A DNA stretch of 55,622 nt from the NCBI RefSeq assembly GCF_001194135.2, contig NC_068996.1:14784688-14840309 (forward strand), written 5' to 3'. The notes beneath the pieces were generated by a model. The model saw nothing but the letters and a program-made list of their open reading frames with translations, was not told the origin of the DNA and did no database searches. How positions within the stretch are numbered: the stretch's first letter is position 1; each line of letters opens with the position of its first letter. Positions 37,597 to 51,379 of this stretch are shown here, piece by piece. Source of the stretch: Octopus bimaculoides (taxonomy: Eukaryota). Position numbers and translations under genes: made by a program.

Positions 37597-38524
37597 ATAT
37601 ATGTATGTATGTATGTATGCATATATACCCAAATGCATGCACATACATACACACACACGCATACACACATACATACATGCATACATGCATACATACGTAC
37701 ATTCATACATACATAGTTGTAACATGGCCTGCGTGATTCGAACACTGCGTCTACTATGAAGCATATAGCTGTGCTAAATATACACGATGGGCTTCCAAAG
37801 TTTTTGTTAGGTAAATTTCATTCTAAACATTAAGTCTCTCGAAGCATTAGTAAAATTATTGTTGAACCGAACCCAGAAACACATGGTTACGATGCAGAAT
37901 CCTCAGCTAAATGGATGCAAATAGATCAGAACGGATGAGAAAGGAAAATGTCCATAACTTTGATGTGGAAGCCCCGAGCCAGCTAATGGATAAAGGAAAA
38001 GTGGAACCAGATCTCATGTGTTACTACAATAGAAATCATTGCATCGAGATATCCTCAGACAAGAGACTGCGTATGAAAGTTTGTAGAAGTGCGATCTACG
38101 CTAAATGTATTCACTAGACAGAAGGTCGTTTTAAGCTGGCTGAAAAATTAGGTCCGCCTCACAAAATTAGATTATCCAGTCGCCATTGTGATGAAATCAA
38201 ACATTTCCTGATTTAATAAAATATGAATAGTCGAATGACTTTATTAAATTTTCTAGCTTTGACAGGGAAAATAAACCTAGAAAAAAGAAAGGAAGAAAAG
38301 AAGACCGGCAAGTAACAGTACACAGTCACACTCACATATACAAATACATAGATGCACATTCAGACACATCTGAGTACATTGGCAGTGTTAATGGTAATGG
38401 CTGACCGAACCGTAAAGGAGACCTCTTGAATTCTATGTTTTAACTATAATAGAGGTTTTGTTGCCATCATCATCTAAGTTCGCTAAACTATATTTGCATT
38501 ACCTCTAATTCACTCATAAAGGAG

Positions 38525-38695
38525 TAAACTGGCAGCAGCGTTACCGTGCCAGACAAAAATGCTTGGCGGCAATTCTTCCAGTTCATTATATTCTTAGTTT
38601 AAACTCCATAAAAATTGCCTTTTATCCTTTAGGATCTATAAAATAAAGTACCAGTCACGTGCTGGGGTCGATGTAATCGACTAATCCCTTCTTCT
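38525..38695 (+). mobile_element. Degenerate SINE family B
   Basis: gtaaactggcagcagcgttaccgtgcc...gccttttatcctttagga...gtgctggggtcgatgtaatcgactaatcc. Confidence 0.75.
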
Positions 38696-39099
38696 TAAGT
38701 TGCCAAAATTAGAAACAATTACATCTAATTAATAATTTTTTACACATTTTTCAAAATCTATGAAAGACTATTTTTACTTTTCCACCAAAATTCCTTGTAT
38801 CTTTTTTAAATGTCATTAGTTCTTCAATGACTACATAAACTTAATTTGTTTTCCTTCGAAAATAGACTAACCTGCTCACATCCACAAACCCCTATTTCCA
38901 TTTGACAGGTATTCTCTCCTAAGGTTGAATCATAAAAGCTTCCAAATTCATAGCTTCCAATCTCCCCTGTTGTATGCAATCTTGATTTCGTGGGTTTTGG
39001 CATTGATTTAGATCCGTTAGAATTGTGATATGGACAACGGTCAAAACAATGAACGCGAATTGACAAATAAATTGTCAAAGCCATATTTTCTTTGGCTGT

Positions 39100-39765
39100 C
39101 CCTCGAGGTCGACATTGATTGTTCTTTTTTGTTAACCATCTCTAGTAGGTTCGCATGTAGGCTGCAAAGGCTGCTCTTGGTCTGAAGCAGCAATGGCATC
39201 TGTTGGAGGTGAAGCTTCATGACGCAACCGAAAAGTGACGGCTATCATGCTCTTTGGTGTTCCCTCCTTGTTTCACCTCAATGGCTGGAATTACGAGCTT
39301 CAAGGAATCACTGCCATCCATCTTGCTGCAAGACATTCTCCCCGGTTGTCTGGGAAGATGCTACATTTTTTCATATATCTTTTCAGCACATCTGTATATC
39401 GCAGCCTCTGGTTACCACAGCTCCGCCTGCTCTGACACAGTTCAGCATAGAAAATTGCCTATGGGAACCTGCCGTCTTGCATCCTGCGAGTATGTCCCAC
39501 TCAGCGCTGCTACGAGGAGGTAATGAGGGCATCCGCACTAAGTATGCCACCGCGGCACAGGATCTCTGCATCAATAATATGATCCTGCCATCTGACATGC
39601 AAACATGCAAGATGGAGCGCAGATGACGAAGTTGGATTAGAGTTAGGGCCTTGATGTGCCTGCAATAGAGGGTCATGCGTTCTGTAACATAGAAGAAGCA
39701 AGGAAAAACTGTAACACTGTACACCTTTATCTGTGTGTTATGGGTAGTGTTATGGCAGCTCCATA
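39100..39765 (-). mobile_element. Degraded RTE-clade LINE 3' region
   Basis: TQIKVYSVTVFPCFFYVTERMTLYCRHIKALTLIQLRHLRSIL...VRMP..., RTE-type thumb/C-terminal motifs, frameshifted. Confidence 0.85.
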
Positions 39766-40032
39766 GAGGATGATAATGCACCAATTCACACAGCTAAAGT
39801 TGTTACTGAATGGCACGAGGAACTTTCTAGTGAAGTTGAACATTTATGGTGCATTTTAGAAAAACAAGTAAGGAGTCGATATCCTCCAACATCATCACTA
39901 CAAGAACTAGAGACTGTTTTAGCTGAAGAATGGACTAAAATTCCTTTGGAAACAATTCAAACTTTTTACGAGTCCATACCTCATAGAATTGAAGCTGTAA
40001 TTACTGCCAAAGGCGGTCCTACTCCATATTAA
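39766..40032 (+). mobile_element. Tc1-family transposase C-terminal fragment with internal deletion
   Basis: DDNAPIHTAKVVTEWHEELSSEVEHLWCILEKQVRSRYPP...EEWTKIPLETIQTFYESIPHRIEAVITAKGGPTPY*. The WPxxSPDLNxIE segment is absent. Confidence 0.88.
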
Positions 40033-41318
40033 AATNNNNNNNNNNNNNNNNNNNNNNNNNNNNNNNNNNNNNNNNNNNNNNNNNNNNNNNNNNNNNNNNN
40101 NNNNNNNNNNNNNNNNNNNNNNNNNNNNNNNNNNNNNNNNNNNNNNNNNNNNNNNNNNNNNNNNNNNNNNNNNNNNNNNNNNNNNNNNNNNNNNNNNNNN
40201 NNNNNNNNNNNNNNNNNNNNNNNNNNNNNNNNNNNNNNNNNNNNNNNNNNNNNNNNNNNNNNNNNNNNNNNNNNNNNNNNNNNNNNNNNNNNNNNNNNNN
40301 NNNNNNNNNNNNNNNNNNNNNNNNNNNNNNNNNNNNNNNNNNNNNNNNNNNNNNNNNNNNNNNNNNNNNNNNNNNNNNNNNNNNNNNNNNNNNNNNNNNN
40401 NNNNNNNNNNNNNNNNNNNNNNNNNNNNNNNNNNNNNNNNNNNNNNNNNNNNNNNNNNNNNNNNNNNNNNNNNNNNNNNNNNNNNNNNNNNNNNNNNNNN
40501 NNNNNNNNNNNNNNNNNNNNNNNNNNNNNTATATACATATGTGTGTGTGTGTGTGTGTATTCCTCTATGTACCTGTGTGTGTGTGTACATGCGTATAAAA
40601 CAAACTTATAATACTTTACAACAGATGTACGCCATTAGCAATTGTATCGTATTGATATATATATGCATATATATACATGTACACACATGAACTGATACAT
40701 TTTACATGAGTGTGTGCGAGTATGCTGTATGTGTGTGTAAGTTTGCGTGTGCGTGAGTATGCTGTGTGTGTGTGTGTGTATGTGTGTGTGTGTGTGTGTG
40801 TGTGTAACCGGGTGCATATGTCTGTTTCAATTCTATGTTTGCACGAATATATGAGCCTCTTTCGATATGTGTATAGCTATATAACGAGGTAGAACGCTCT
40901 ACGAAACGTGGAGATTTTGAGAGCATTTGTGTGAACTGCTCTAGCTGTGAAGGTTGTGGCTGCGTTGTTTAAGAAGCTGTTGGCGGTCTCCTTGTCTTAC
41001 ACTGTTTGTTTTGCTTTCCATTCTTCCCTGCTTCTCCAAAGAAAGAAAAAGAATAATACATATTGTCATTTATATTTGTATTCATCTTCATTCATGTTCT
41101 GTTTTTTTTTCTTCTTCTTAATTTAAGTGTATGTACGCACGCATGCACACACACGCACACACGCACACGCACACACACACACACACACACACACGTATGT
41201 ACACATAGATGAAACCTGGAAATATATATATATACACATCTACATACATACTCACACACACACGCACACATGTATATATGTAGATACACATGCATGAAAA
41301 CTGGAAATATATACACCT

Positions 41319-41349
<31 letters not shown>

Positions 41350-42513
41350 TCTATAAATGAAACCTGGAAATATGCATACATACGTATATATATATATATA
41401 TACACACATTCACACACACACACACATGTCTATATATGTAAGTATATATATATGTATGTTTATATATATGTGTATGTATATATATATATATATGTACATG
41501 CATGCATAGATGCATACACACACACATACATACAAACTAACACACACACACATAAGCACATACCCATTTATATTTTAGTATATACTGGGATCCAGCTTTC
41601 ATTTTTAATTGAAGAATGATACGCAATGAGGTGTCACAATGGGAACAATAATGTGACAGACCCCTACCCTGGTACGTGTCAATAAAGGTACTTACGTGTA
41701 ATTTTAAGTAGGTACTCTCTTCTCTTTTTTCGTAATTATATATTTCTTATTCTTTTCTTTTCCTTCTTCTCTTTCTTTCTCTCTTTCTCTCCCTGTGGTG
41801 CGTGCCTCCTTGAACAATTTTCTTCTCTTCAGATTCATAACAATTACCTCTGCCCCGTCCCCCAAACACAAACACACACACACACACACAAACGCCATTA
41901 CCTTCGTCACCGGCGACCTCTTCCCTTTCTCTTCTTTCTCTTCCTTAACTCATCTTTATCTTATCGGCAGCAGTAGTGGTCTTCATCATCATCATCATCA
42001 TCCTCATCATTACAATCACCACCATCACCACAATTACTATCACTATAACCACCACCATTATCACAATCAACATTACCGTTACTGCAATCACTATCATCAT
42101 TATCATCGTCGTCGTCTTCTTTTTCTTCTTCTTCCTCTTCCTTTTCTTCTCTCTTTCATCTCTTTTTCTTTCCCTTTCCTTCTCTCTTTCTTTCTTTCTT
42201 TCTCCCATTCTTTCTTTCTTTTTTTTCTCTATTCCTTTCTTTTCTCTTTCTTTCCTTCTTTTTTTCTCATTCTTCATCTATTATTTATTATTCTTATTCC
42301 AGTTCTTTGTTTTTTCCTAGTAATTTTTCTTCCAACCAATTTTGTGTCCCTTCCATCATTTACTCAGATATATATTGATATTGTAGATGTTGCTGTTGTT
42401 GCCGCTGTTGTTTAACCCAGGTCATATATGATGAACAAGACCTGCATCCAACTATGATCGGTCTTACCGTGAACCTTCCAAAATTCATATTGACACCGTA
42501 ATACATCTATACA

Positions 42514-42896
42514 GTGGAGGCACAATGACCCAGTGGTTAGGGCAGCGGACTCGCGGTTATAGGATCGCGGTTTCGATTCCCAGACCGGGCGTTGTGAGTG
42601 TTTATTGCGCGAAAACACCTAAAGCTCCACGAGGCTCCGGCAGGGGATGGTGGCGAACCTTGTACTCTTTCACCACAACTTTTGCTCATTCTTACTTCCT
42701 GTTTCTGTTGTGCCTGTAATTCAAAGGGTCAGCCTTGTCACACTGTGTCACGCTGAATATCCCCGAGAACTACGTTAAGGGCACCCGTGTCTGTGGAGTA
42801 CTCAGCCACTTGCACGTTAATTTCACGAGCAGGCTGTTCCGTTGATCGGATCAACTGGAACCCTCGACGTCGTAAGCGACGGAGTGCCAACAAACA
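42514..42896 (+). mobile_element. tRNA-derived SINE, family C, full length
   Basis: 11-bp TSD acatctataca at 42503-42513 and 42897-42907. Head TGACCCAGTGG...GGTTTCGATTCC; (CAA)-type short tail. Confidence 0.92.
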
Positions 42897-43289
42897 ACAT
42901 CTATACAAAATACTTTTTTATTCAGACGACGCGATATGATTTGACACCAAGGGAATTTGACCACTATTTCTAGGAAATTGAGTGAATACGTAAATGAACA
43001 CTCATTTGCTTTGTCTATTCACTCCTAAGCTTAGTGGTTAGGGTGCTAGCTTTATCATCAGAAAGATCATATGTTCAAATCATTCATCGGTTGGCATGGA
43101 ATATTTATTTTTGTATTACTTCATTTCATGTTGCTGCTCTCTAATCAGCTAAAAGTGGAGCACTTAACAGAGTGATGGTGCAACTCTCCTCTCATATGAA
43201 TGTGTGGAGCAGTGTTTTTGAGTCTTCTAAAGTCACTCGCTGAATACGGGGTAATGTTAAACCGATTGATGGTTTATATGTACGTACTA

Positions 43290-43447
43290 CGACTATCATT
43301 ACCATCGCCATCATCATCATTATCATCATCATCATCATCATCATCATCATTATCATCATCATCATCTTCATCATCATCTTCATCATCTTCATCATCATCA
43401 ACTTCATCATCATCTTCATCATCATCATCATCAACTACATCCTCATC

Positions 43448-43480
<33 letters not shown>

Positions 43481-43507
43481 GTCTTTATCATCTTCATCAT
43501 CATCATC

Positions 43508-43541
<34 letters not shown>

Positions 43542-43920
43542 ATGCAGCTCATCGAATTCACCCCACCACCACCACCACCATACCACCACCACCACCACCA
43601 TACCACCACCACCATCACAACCACTATGGACTATCATTACATCACCGACTATTACCACTACAATCATGCCTCAAATCGCTAACCACCGCCATTACACCTC
43701 CACCATCGCCACCCCGAGCATAGTACTGCCAACACTATCACCACCACTGCGAACACTGTTACGACTAGTATCTCCATGCCCATCATCACTATTACAGCAC
43801 TAACACCGCCACCACCACCACCACTACAACCACCACAACCACCACAATAAACCACCACCACCACCACTTCAACCACAACTACGATCACCAACACCACCAC
43901 TACCACAATTCCTCCACCGA
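43290..43920. repeat. Compound (CAT/CTT)n-(CAC)n trinucleotide array
   Basis: Directly visible. Confidence 0.95.
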
Positions 43921-44899
43921 GAGGACATTGTAATTTATCTGACTTACATACATTTATCATCTATTGAATTAGTCACGACACGCTTTGAATATTGGCACGT
44001 TTCGAACATTCTTGTTGAAGTCAATGAAGGAACATATATCGCAAATCTTATGGCTGAGGGTCAGAGAAGGAGCCAAACACAACCCCCACTACTCAATCGC
44101 TGCATTTTCACGCTCCTTTCGAGAAGAATAGGTTCGATATTGTTCGAATTCTCTTCCGACTTGACTTACAGTTATGGTTGACGTCTTTTCGTTTTTTCAG
44201 AAGCGCTGAAAGTTTACGTTCAATGTTGATTTTATCAAGTCTCTCTTTGTTTCAGAGCTGCTGGGCTCAAATCGCTGGTTCAAATGTACCCTCAGGGGTT
44301 GTAGAGGTTTTCCTAGAGTGTTCGGTTAACAAAAGAAAAGTGTTGCATTGTTTCCAGTAGTGTCTAAATCCTCGTACTATTGCCTGATAGCCATTGATTC
44401 TGCGTTGGGTTCATCTGTTTTTCGATAGACCTTGCATCTGTCCTTTTAGCAGGGGGGGGGGGTGCCAGTAAAACTCTTCCTCACACAACTCCATTGCAAA
44501 GGACGAATTAGTGTACCATATCATATCATATCATAACAGTAACACATTTGTACAACTGGGCAATAACTGTTTATGTTAAAATCAATGGTTTTTTTCTGAT
44601 ATAACAAAGTCCGTGCAGAGAGACCACTGAATATCTGTGTTTCTATTTCAGGAAATATTCCGTTCTAAATGATAGAATAATGAAATTTTAGCGGGCCAAC
44701 TTTATTGGTTAACAACCAACGAGTTTCATGTTAAACAATAACCAAATTGTTCAGTTAAAGTCTGAACGACGTTTAAATAAAGTCTGTAGCTGTTCTATTT
44801 AAATTAAAAGATAATTAAGAAATAAACGTTGACGCGGTATTTTATGTAAAATTAATGTAATTAGTGTAATAAAGAATTAAATTACATTTCTGAATACGT

Positions 44900-45405
44900 G
44901 AATATGGATGTTTGTGCGGATGTGTACGGATGTGTGCGTGCGGATGTGTACGGATGTGTGCGTGCGTATGTATGTGTAATTGTGAGTATCTGTATGTGTG
45001 TGCGTATATGTATGTGTGTGAGTGTATGTGTATCTATGTTAATGTACGTATATGTGTCAGGGTTTATATTTGTGAATATGAATGTGTTTCAGTATATACA
45101 TACGTGATTGTGGATGTGTTTGTGTTGGTGTCTATATGTAAGTGTGCGTGTTTATGTGCATGAGTGTATTTGTGTTAGTGCTAAGTGAATGCACTTGTTT
45201 ATGTATATGTGATTTTCTATGTCAATTGTGTGCGTATGGCTCTTGTGTTTTGTGCATGTATGTGTATGGATGTGTGTGTGTGTACCTCTTTGATTTTATT
45301 TGCTTGTGTATATACAAGTTTATACATGTGTGTTTTGGTATGTGTATATTTGCGTGTCGTCTGTGAATTTTGCATATGTATGTATGTATGTGTGTGTATG
45401 GATGC

Positions 45406-45436
<31 letters not shown>

Positions 45437-45620
45437 TGCGTGTATCTGTATGCATGCGTGAGTGTGTATATATGTATACAAGTATGTATGTGTATGTGTG
45501 CATATGTTTGTGTGTACGTGTATGTATAAATTGTATATATGTATGTACGTGTATGTGTACGTATGTATGTATGTAAGACTATGCGTTTATATATGTATTT
45601 ATGTATTATGAATGCATGTG
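44900..45620. repeat. Degenerate (TG/TA/TATG)n low-complexity tract
   Basis: Directly visible. Confidence 0.9.
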
Positions 45621-45899
45621 TGTGTATATGTATGTGATATAGAAGTAACTAAGTGTACAGTGTAACGTAAGAACGCGTTCTTAAATTACCCAAAAGTACG
45701 CTGATTAGGACATGGGAACTAGAGCATAATTGCGTCAAAAAGTTGTCGTTGTTGGCGTACATTCCTTCCATCTATATTTACTTTCGTCAGCTCCTTCACC
45801 GGGCTTTCGTGGGTAACTTTATCATTTTATTCTCTGAAGCCAATGATCAGGCTTATCGACAATCGACAATCGACGAAGAAACGTTAATCTATTCGTGTC

Positions 45900-46720
45900 T
45901 GATAAATTCGTTTACTTTTCCTCCCACATGTTTTAATCCTTATTTTTTCACCGACAATTTCGACGAATCATTCAATAATGTATTCGTTATTGTTCACGAC
46001 TTTTTACCAATTTTCCACTTGCTTCGACGATAGAAATCACCATGTTTTACACTCAAAGAATTCAGGAATCCACAATTTCACCTCCATTTTTTTGTTGAAA
46101 TAAATGTCTCAAAGGCTGCTAGAGAGCGTCCGAAAAAGATAATATTCTGATGACACTATGTCAGGAAAATACATTGTATGCAGCAGAACTTCCAAACAGA
46201 GCTCTTGAATAGCATTTTTGGTCAAATTAGCGACGTGAGAGTGAGCGTTGTTCTGAAGAAGTACGCCGTGACACTGGTAAGATCTATAGGACCTTACTCA
46301 CTCAATGAAGACAATGAACAATGGTCTCATGAAAGTTTTCCATATGCTGGGATAATTCCGTAGTGGGTTGACACGGATCCTCGTGGGTGAGCTTGTTCGA
46401 CCTCATTGAACTGAACTGGTCGAACGGGTCACGGGAAGTTAGTGACGTCGAATTTCTCTTCCTTCATGAGTGAAAACCATTTCTGTGCACTTTTTTCAGT
46501 AATAGCGCCTGCTCCGTACATAGTGCAAATGTCTCGATTGACATCGGTAGATTTGGAACCTTCATTGAAAACAAAGAGAAGCTGGTCTTAAAAATGTCTT
46601 TTTTTTATACTACTTGGCATTCGGTCTTCATATGTCTGAAACGATGTAAAATTTATTCAAATTTCAAAAGTGATGAACAAAATTGTAGAGAAAGATAAGA
46701 ACAAAAAATAAAAGCATAAA
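45900..46720 (-). mobile_element. Internally deleted, decayed mariner element (coding relic ~45968-46620)
   Basis: N-terminal HTH-like LLFVFNEGSKS...RDICTMYGAGAITEKSAQKWFS and C-terminal GVLLQNNAHSHVANLTKNAIQEL..EVL.H..Y.PD..SSEYYLFRTLS (DNA.PH / YSPDLAPSDY homologues). The central region is missing; ends are approximate and TIRs were not resolved. Confidence 0.82.
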
Positions 46721-47064
46721 ACACTACGATAAAAATATTTTTGTGTTAATTCAAATGAGATTGGAAAAAAACAAACGTGCTTTTTGCACAAGGCCTGAAA
46801 TGTTGGGGTGAGAGCAGTCAATGACATCGAACTGGTACTTATTTTATCGACCCCCCACCCCACATGATGAAAGATGAAGTATTTTTCTTGTTTTCTTTTT
46901 GAAATGGAACAAGGAAGATAATTATGAAATTTTAATTGATTAAAAATTAGACAGGAACATTTACTAGGGAATAAATCTGACCTTGTAATTAAATGTGTAA
47001 CGATGTTGTTGCATACACACTGATTCCTTCTTTCTTTCTATCCTTCCTTTTTCTTTCCTTCCGT

Positions 47065-47330
47065 TCTATCCATTAACCATGTGGTCGTTGGTGCATTCGT
47101 TGAGACGTCGCAATCAGATTCCGCCACATATGTCGGTCTTCCGCTGTCCTCTATGAGTCGGAGAAATCGAGGCTTGTCCACTCTTTAGTATTACCCGGAG
47201 TCTTTCGCTTATTGGTGCAGTGTTAACACGATCCTCTCATTTCGTTTAGCCTATCAGCTAAAGTGGAGCCATCAAAAGAGAATTTAAGAGTTGGATGAAA
47301 ACTAATGATGCCAGTCCACCTGACCATCCC
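47065..47330 (-). mobile_element. Possible RTE 3'-end relic
   Basis: ...*RTAEDRHMWRNLIATSQ resembles the RTE terminal AxDRxxWR motif. Confidence 0.4.
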
Positions 47331-47723
47331 TGGCAGAGTACAGCTGCCAAACATCGAAGGTACTACCAGACACGTCAATGGTACTACAAGACATACACAC
47401 ACACACACACACANNNNNNNNNNNNNNNNNNNNNNNNNNNNNNNNNNNNNNNNNNNNNNNNNNNNNNNNNNNNNNNNNNNNNNNNNNNNNNNNNNNNNNN
47501 NNNNNNNNNNNNNNNNNNNNNNNNNNNNNNNNNNNNNNNNNNNNNNNNNNNNNNNNNNNNNNNNNNNNNNNNNNNNNNNNNNNNNNNNNNNNNNNNNNNN
47601 NNNNNNNNNNNNNNNNNNNNNNNNNNNNNNNNNNNNNNNNNNNNNNNNNNNNNNNNNNNNNNNNNNNNNNNNNNNNNNNNNNNNNNNNNNNNNNNNNNNN
47701 NNNNNNNNNNNNNNNNNNNNNNN

Positions 47724-47860
<137 letters not shown>

Positions 47861-48831
47861 CCAAGAAAAGAAAAACAAACACAGCACAAGATAAAACCAC
47901 AACGCGAGGACGTGGTGCATGTAAAATATTAGCAGACACTCAGGGGCGGAAAGAAAGATGGTTTTTCGTTTCGAGCAACGCTCTTCTTCAGAAACAGTGG
48001 AAAGCGCAAAAGAAGGGAAGACGGAGGAAGAAAATCGCCAACGGTTCATATGTGGTTACATTTTGAAATGAACGGAAGTGAATGAGGGAAGAAAAAGTTC
48101 TTTCTAAGACAGGAGACGGTAAGAGAAGGAGGTATGTGTGGGTATGTGTGTGTGTAATAGCACGTGTGTGTGTGTATGCGATAATATGTGTTGTGTGCAT
48201 GGTGTGTGTGTGGTCTTGTTTGTTTATATGTGTATGTGTAAGCGAACTTTGTGTCGCTTAACGTTGTAGGAAGAATTCAGTAGCATGGTAGCAGGAGTGG
48301 CGGTCTTTTTGTGTAGTTGTGTGTCTCTTCACATGTGCGTAGAGGAATGGTCAGTAGAAAGGTGTTTGACTGGCAGTTTGAAGTATGTGTGTGCGTGTGT
48401 ATATACATATTCTTAGCTACAATAGCGACAACATGGATTTTTTCCATCTTCTTGCTCTGAGTAAAAAAATATATTAATGTATCCGAATGATTAAAATTCA
48501 ATTTATTTGTGCAGCTGATAAATGCCCTGCATTTAAATTGATGTAATGATTGCATTGTTCAATTAAATGGAACTGCTTGAAACGGTCATATTGCATCGCT
48601 TCTTGGTATTCTGTTGCTTATTTTGATTTTATTCACCTTACTTTGAGTTGTGCGGATAATACCGGACTGACTTGGTGCTTCAACTTAGGTACCTAATTCA
48701 ATATATATATATATAAATTCAATAATAGGACGAATTCTTTTACAAGAATTTATCAAGTAGCTAGCGTGAAAAGACCTCATAAGGGGAAAATCCATCATTT
48801 ATTCCCGAAATATATATTTATATTTATATAA

Positions 48832-48949
48832 GGGCATTACTATACAATAACGCCTCACGCCATGAGGGACTCTGGTAAAAATGTGCTTTTTATAGTAGTT
48901 TGACCTTAGAGTTCCTCATGGCGTGAGGCGTTATTGTATAGTAATGCCC
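48832..48949. repeat. Perfect 36-bp inverted repeat running into an N-gap
   Basis: gggcattactatacaataacgcctcacgccatgagg (48832-48867) and its exact reverse complement (48914-48949). Confidence 0.95.
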
Positions 48950-49429
48950 NNNNNNNNNNNNNNNNNNNNNNNNNNNNNNNNNNNNNNNNNNNNNNNNNNN
49001 NNNNNNNNNNNNNNNNNNNNNNNNNNNNNNNNNNNNNNNNNNNNNNNNNNNNNNNNNNNNNNNNNNNNNNNNNNNNNNNNNNNNNNNNNNNNNNNNNNNN
49101 NNNNNNNNNNNNNNNNNNNNNNNNNNNNNNNNNNNNNNNNNNNNNNNNNNNNNNNNNNNNNNNNNNNNNNNNNNNNNNNNNNNNNNNNNNNNNNNNNNNN
49201 NNNNNNNNNNNNNNNNNNNNNNNNNNNNNNNNNNNNNNNNNNNNNNNNNNNNNNNNNNNNNNNNNNNNNNNNNNNNNNNNNNNNNNNNNNNNNNNNNNNN
49301 NNNNNNNNNNNNNNNNNNNNNNNNNNNNNNNNNNNNNNNNNNNNNNNNNNNNNNNNNNNNNNNNNNNNNNNNNNNNNNNNNNNNNNNNNNNNNNNNNNNN
49401 NNNNNNNNNNNNNNNNNNNNNNNNTATAA

Positions 49430-50060
49430 GTGAAAGTGTAAACAAGAACAGGACAGTTCTATGGTAAGAAGTTTGCATCTCACTGCCTGACAACCTGGGT
49501 AAGTGCCTCTACTATAGCCTCGGGCCGGCCAAATCATTGTGAGTGGATTTGGTAGAAAGAAACTAAAAGAATCTTATCGTATATGTGTGTGTATCTTTCT
49601 GACTGTCTAAGTGTCAATTTTTGTATTTGTGTTTGTTCCCCTTCACCTCTTGACAACTGTATTTGGTGTGTTTACGTCCCCCATAACGTAGTGGATAGGC
49701 AAAAGAGGCCGATAGAGAAAGTACCAGGCTTAGAAAAAAAACAAAAAGTAATGGAGCTGATTCGTTCGACCAGAAAAATCCTTCAAACTGCCTATCCACT
49801 ACGTTATGGGGGACGTAAACACACCAACAACAGTTGTCAAGAGGTGAAGGGGAACAAACACAAATACAAAAATTGACACTTAGACAGTCAGAAAGATACA
49901 CACACATATACGATAGGATTCTTTTAGTTTCTTTCTACCAAATCCACTCACAATGATTTGGCCGGCCCGAGGCTATAGTAGAGGCACTTACCCAGGTTGT
50001 CAGGCAGTGAGATGCAAACTTCTTACCATAGAGCTGTCCTGTTCTTGTTTACACTTTCAC
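49430..50060. repeat. Fold-back inverted duplication of a SINE A copy plus flank (272-bp arms, 87-bp spacer)
   Basis: 49430-49701 is the reverse complement of 49789-50060 with about 4 mismatches. The spacer is the natural continuation of the SINE. Confidence 0.95.
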
Positions 50061-50663
50061 CCTCCGCAAAAAATTCCAAATTTAATTCATTTGTATTTTG
50101 CGGGAAGGACTGTTCCAACGAAGTCGCGTAAAGAGAAAGTTGTCCTTGCCTTCGAAACGCGGAGTAGATGGAACAGGGACAACTGTAGAAGGGAAATATT
50201 CTTTATGTTGCTTGTCTCGTTTCTCTGTTTGTTTTTTTCGTTCTTCGAAAAAAACGTCCGTTTTCTGTCTTCGTCTTTATGTTTCCGTTTCTCATTGTGT
50301 TTAACGTTTTTTGTGATGTCCTGTACACATATATGCATGTATGTATACATATACATGTAGATATGTGCATATATGTATGGATATATGCATATATTTATAT
50401 ATTATTTACCTTATTATATATATATGTATATATATATATATATATATATNNNNNNNNNNNNNNNNNNNNNNNNNNNNNNNNNNNNNNNNNNNNNNNNNNN
50501 NNNNNNNNNNNNNNNNNNNNNNNNNNNNNNNNNNNNNNNNNNNNNNNNNNNNNNNNNNNNNNNNNNNNNNNNNNNNNNNNNNNNNNNNNNNNNNNNNNNN
50601 NNNNNNNNNNNNNNNNNNNNNNNNNNNNNNNNNNNNNNNNNNNNNNNNNNNNNNNNNNNNNNN

Positions 50664-50739
<76 letters not shown>

Positions 50740-51019
50740 GGGATAAAAATCCAAATTTACAGGTAAAAACTCAATTAAATTCAATTTATCAAAACTGAAA
50801 ATTGAATTAAGTTTGACAGTATAAAATATATAAATATCTAGCTTTATTATATATATATTAAAGTGGTGCACCAGCATGGCCGCAGTCAAATAACAAACAT
50901 GTAAAAGAATAAAAGAATATATATACACATAGGTGTATGAACAACTAGCAGGCGTATTAGTTTGACGCTCGAGAAAGTGAGAAAGTCATTTACGTTTTTC
51001 AAAAGAAAAGAATATGAGA

Positions 51020-51051
<32 letters not shown>

Positions 51052-51379
51052 ACCAGTCGTCAAGCTTGATTACTAAATTCACAAGTTTGACGCTCAAGAA
51101 TGAAAGGATAGATTAAATAGGATAAAGTTTCGATCATGGTCTTTCATCAAGTACCATAGATAGTCGAGGGGAAGCCGAGAAAAAAGAAAAATGCTATATA
51201 CTAATTTTGTTTATTCATAGTGAAGCTTATGCTTCTTTTTTTCTTGAGATTGGGATTTTAAAAAAAGTGAATAAGTCACAGCGTTGAAGTGAAATACTGT
51301 AAGACTGCCGATTAAGCGCGAAGAAGCGTTTTAACTGTAAGAGCTATTGTACAAAGGGACGGCATGTGTTCATTTACAC

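Noticed and set aside
44169-44315. Minus-strand segment ending in gtaagt with protein-like NKERLDKINIERKLSALLKKRKD
   Set aside because: All frames from the plausible acceptor contain stops.
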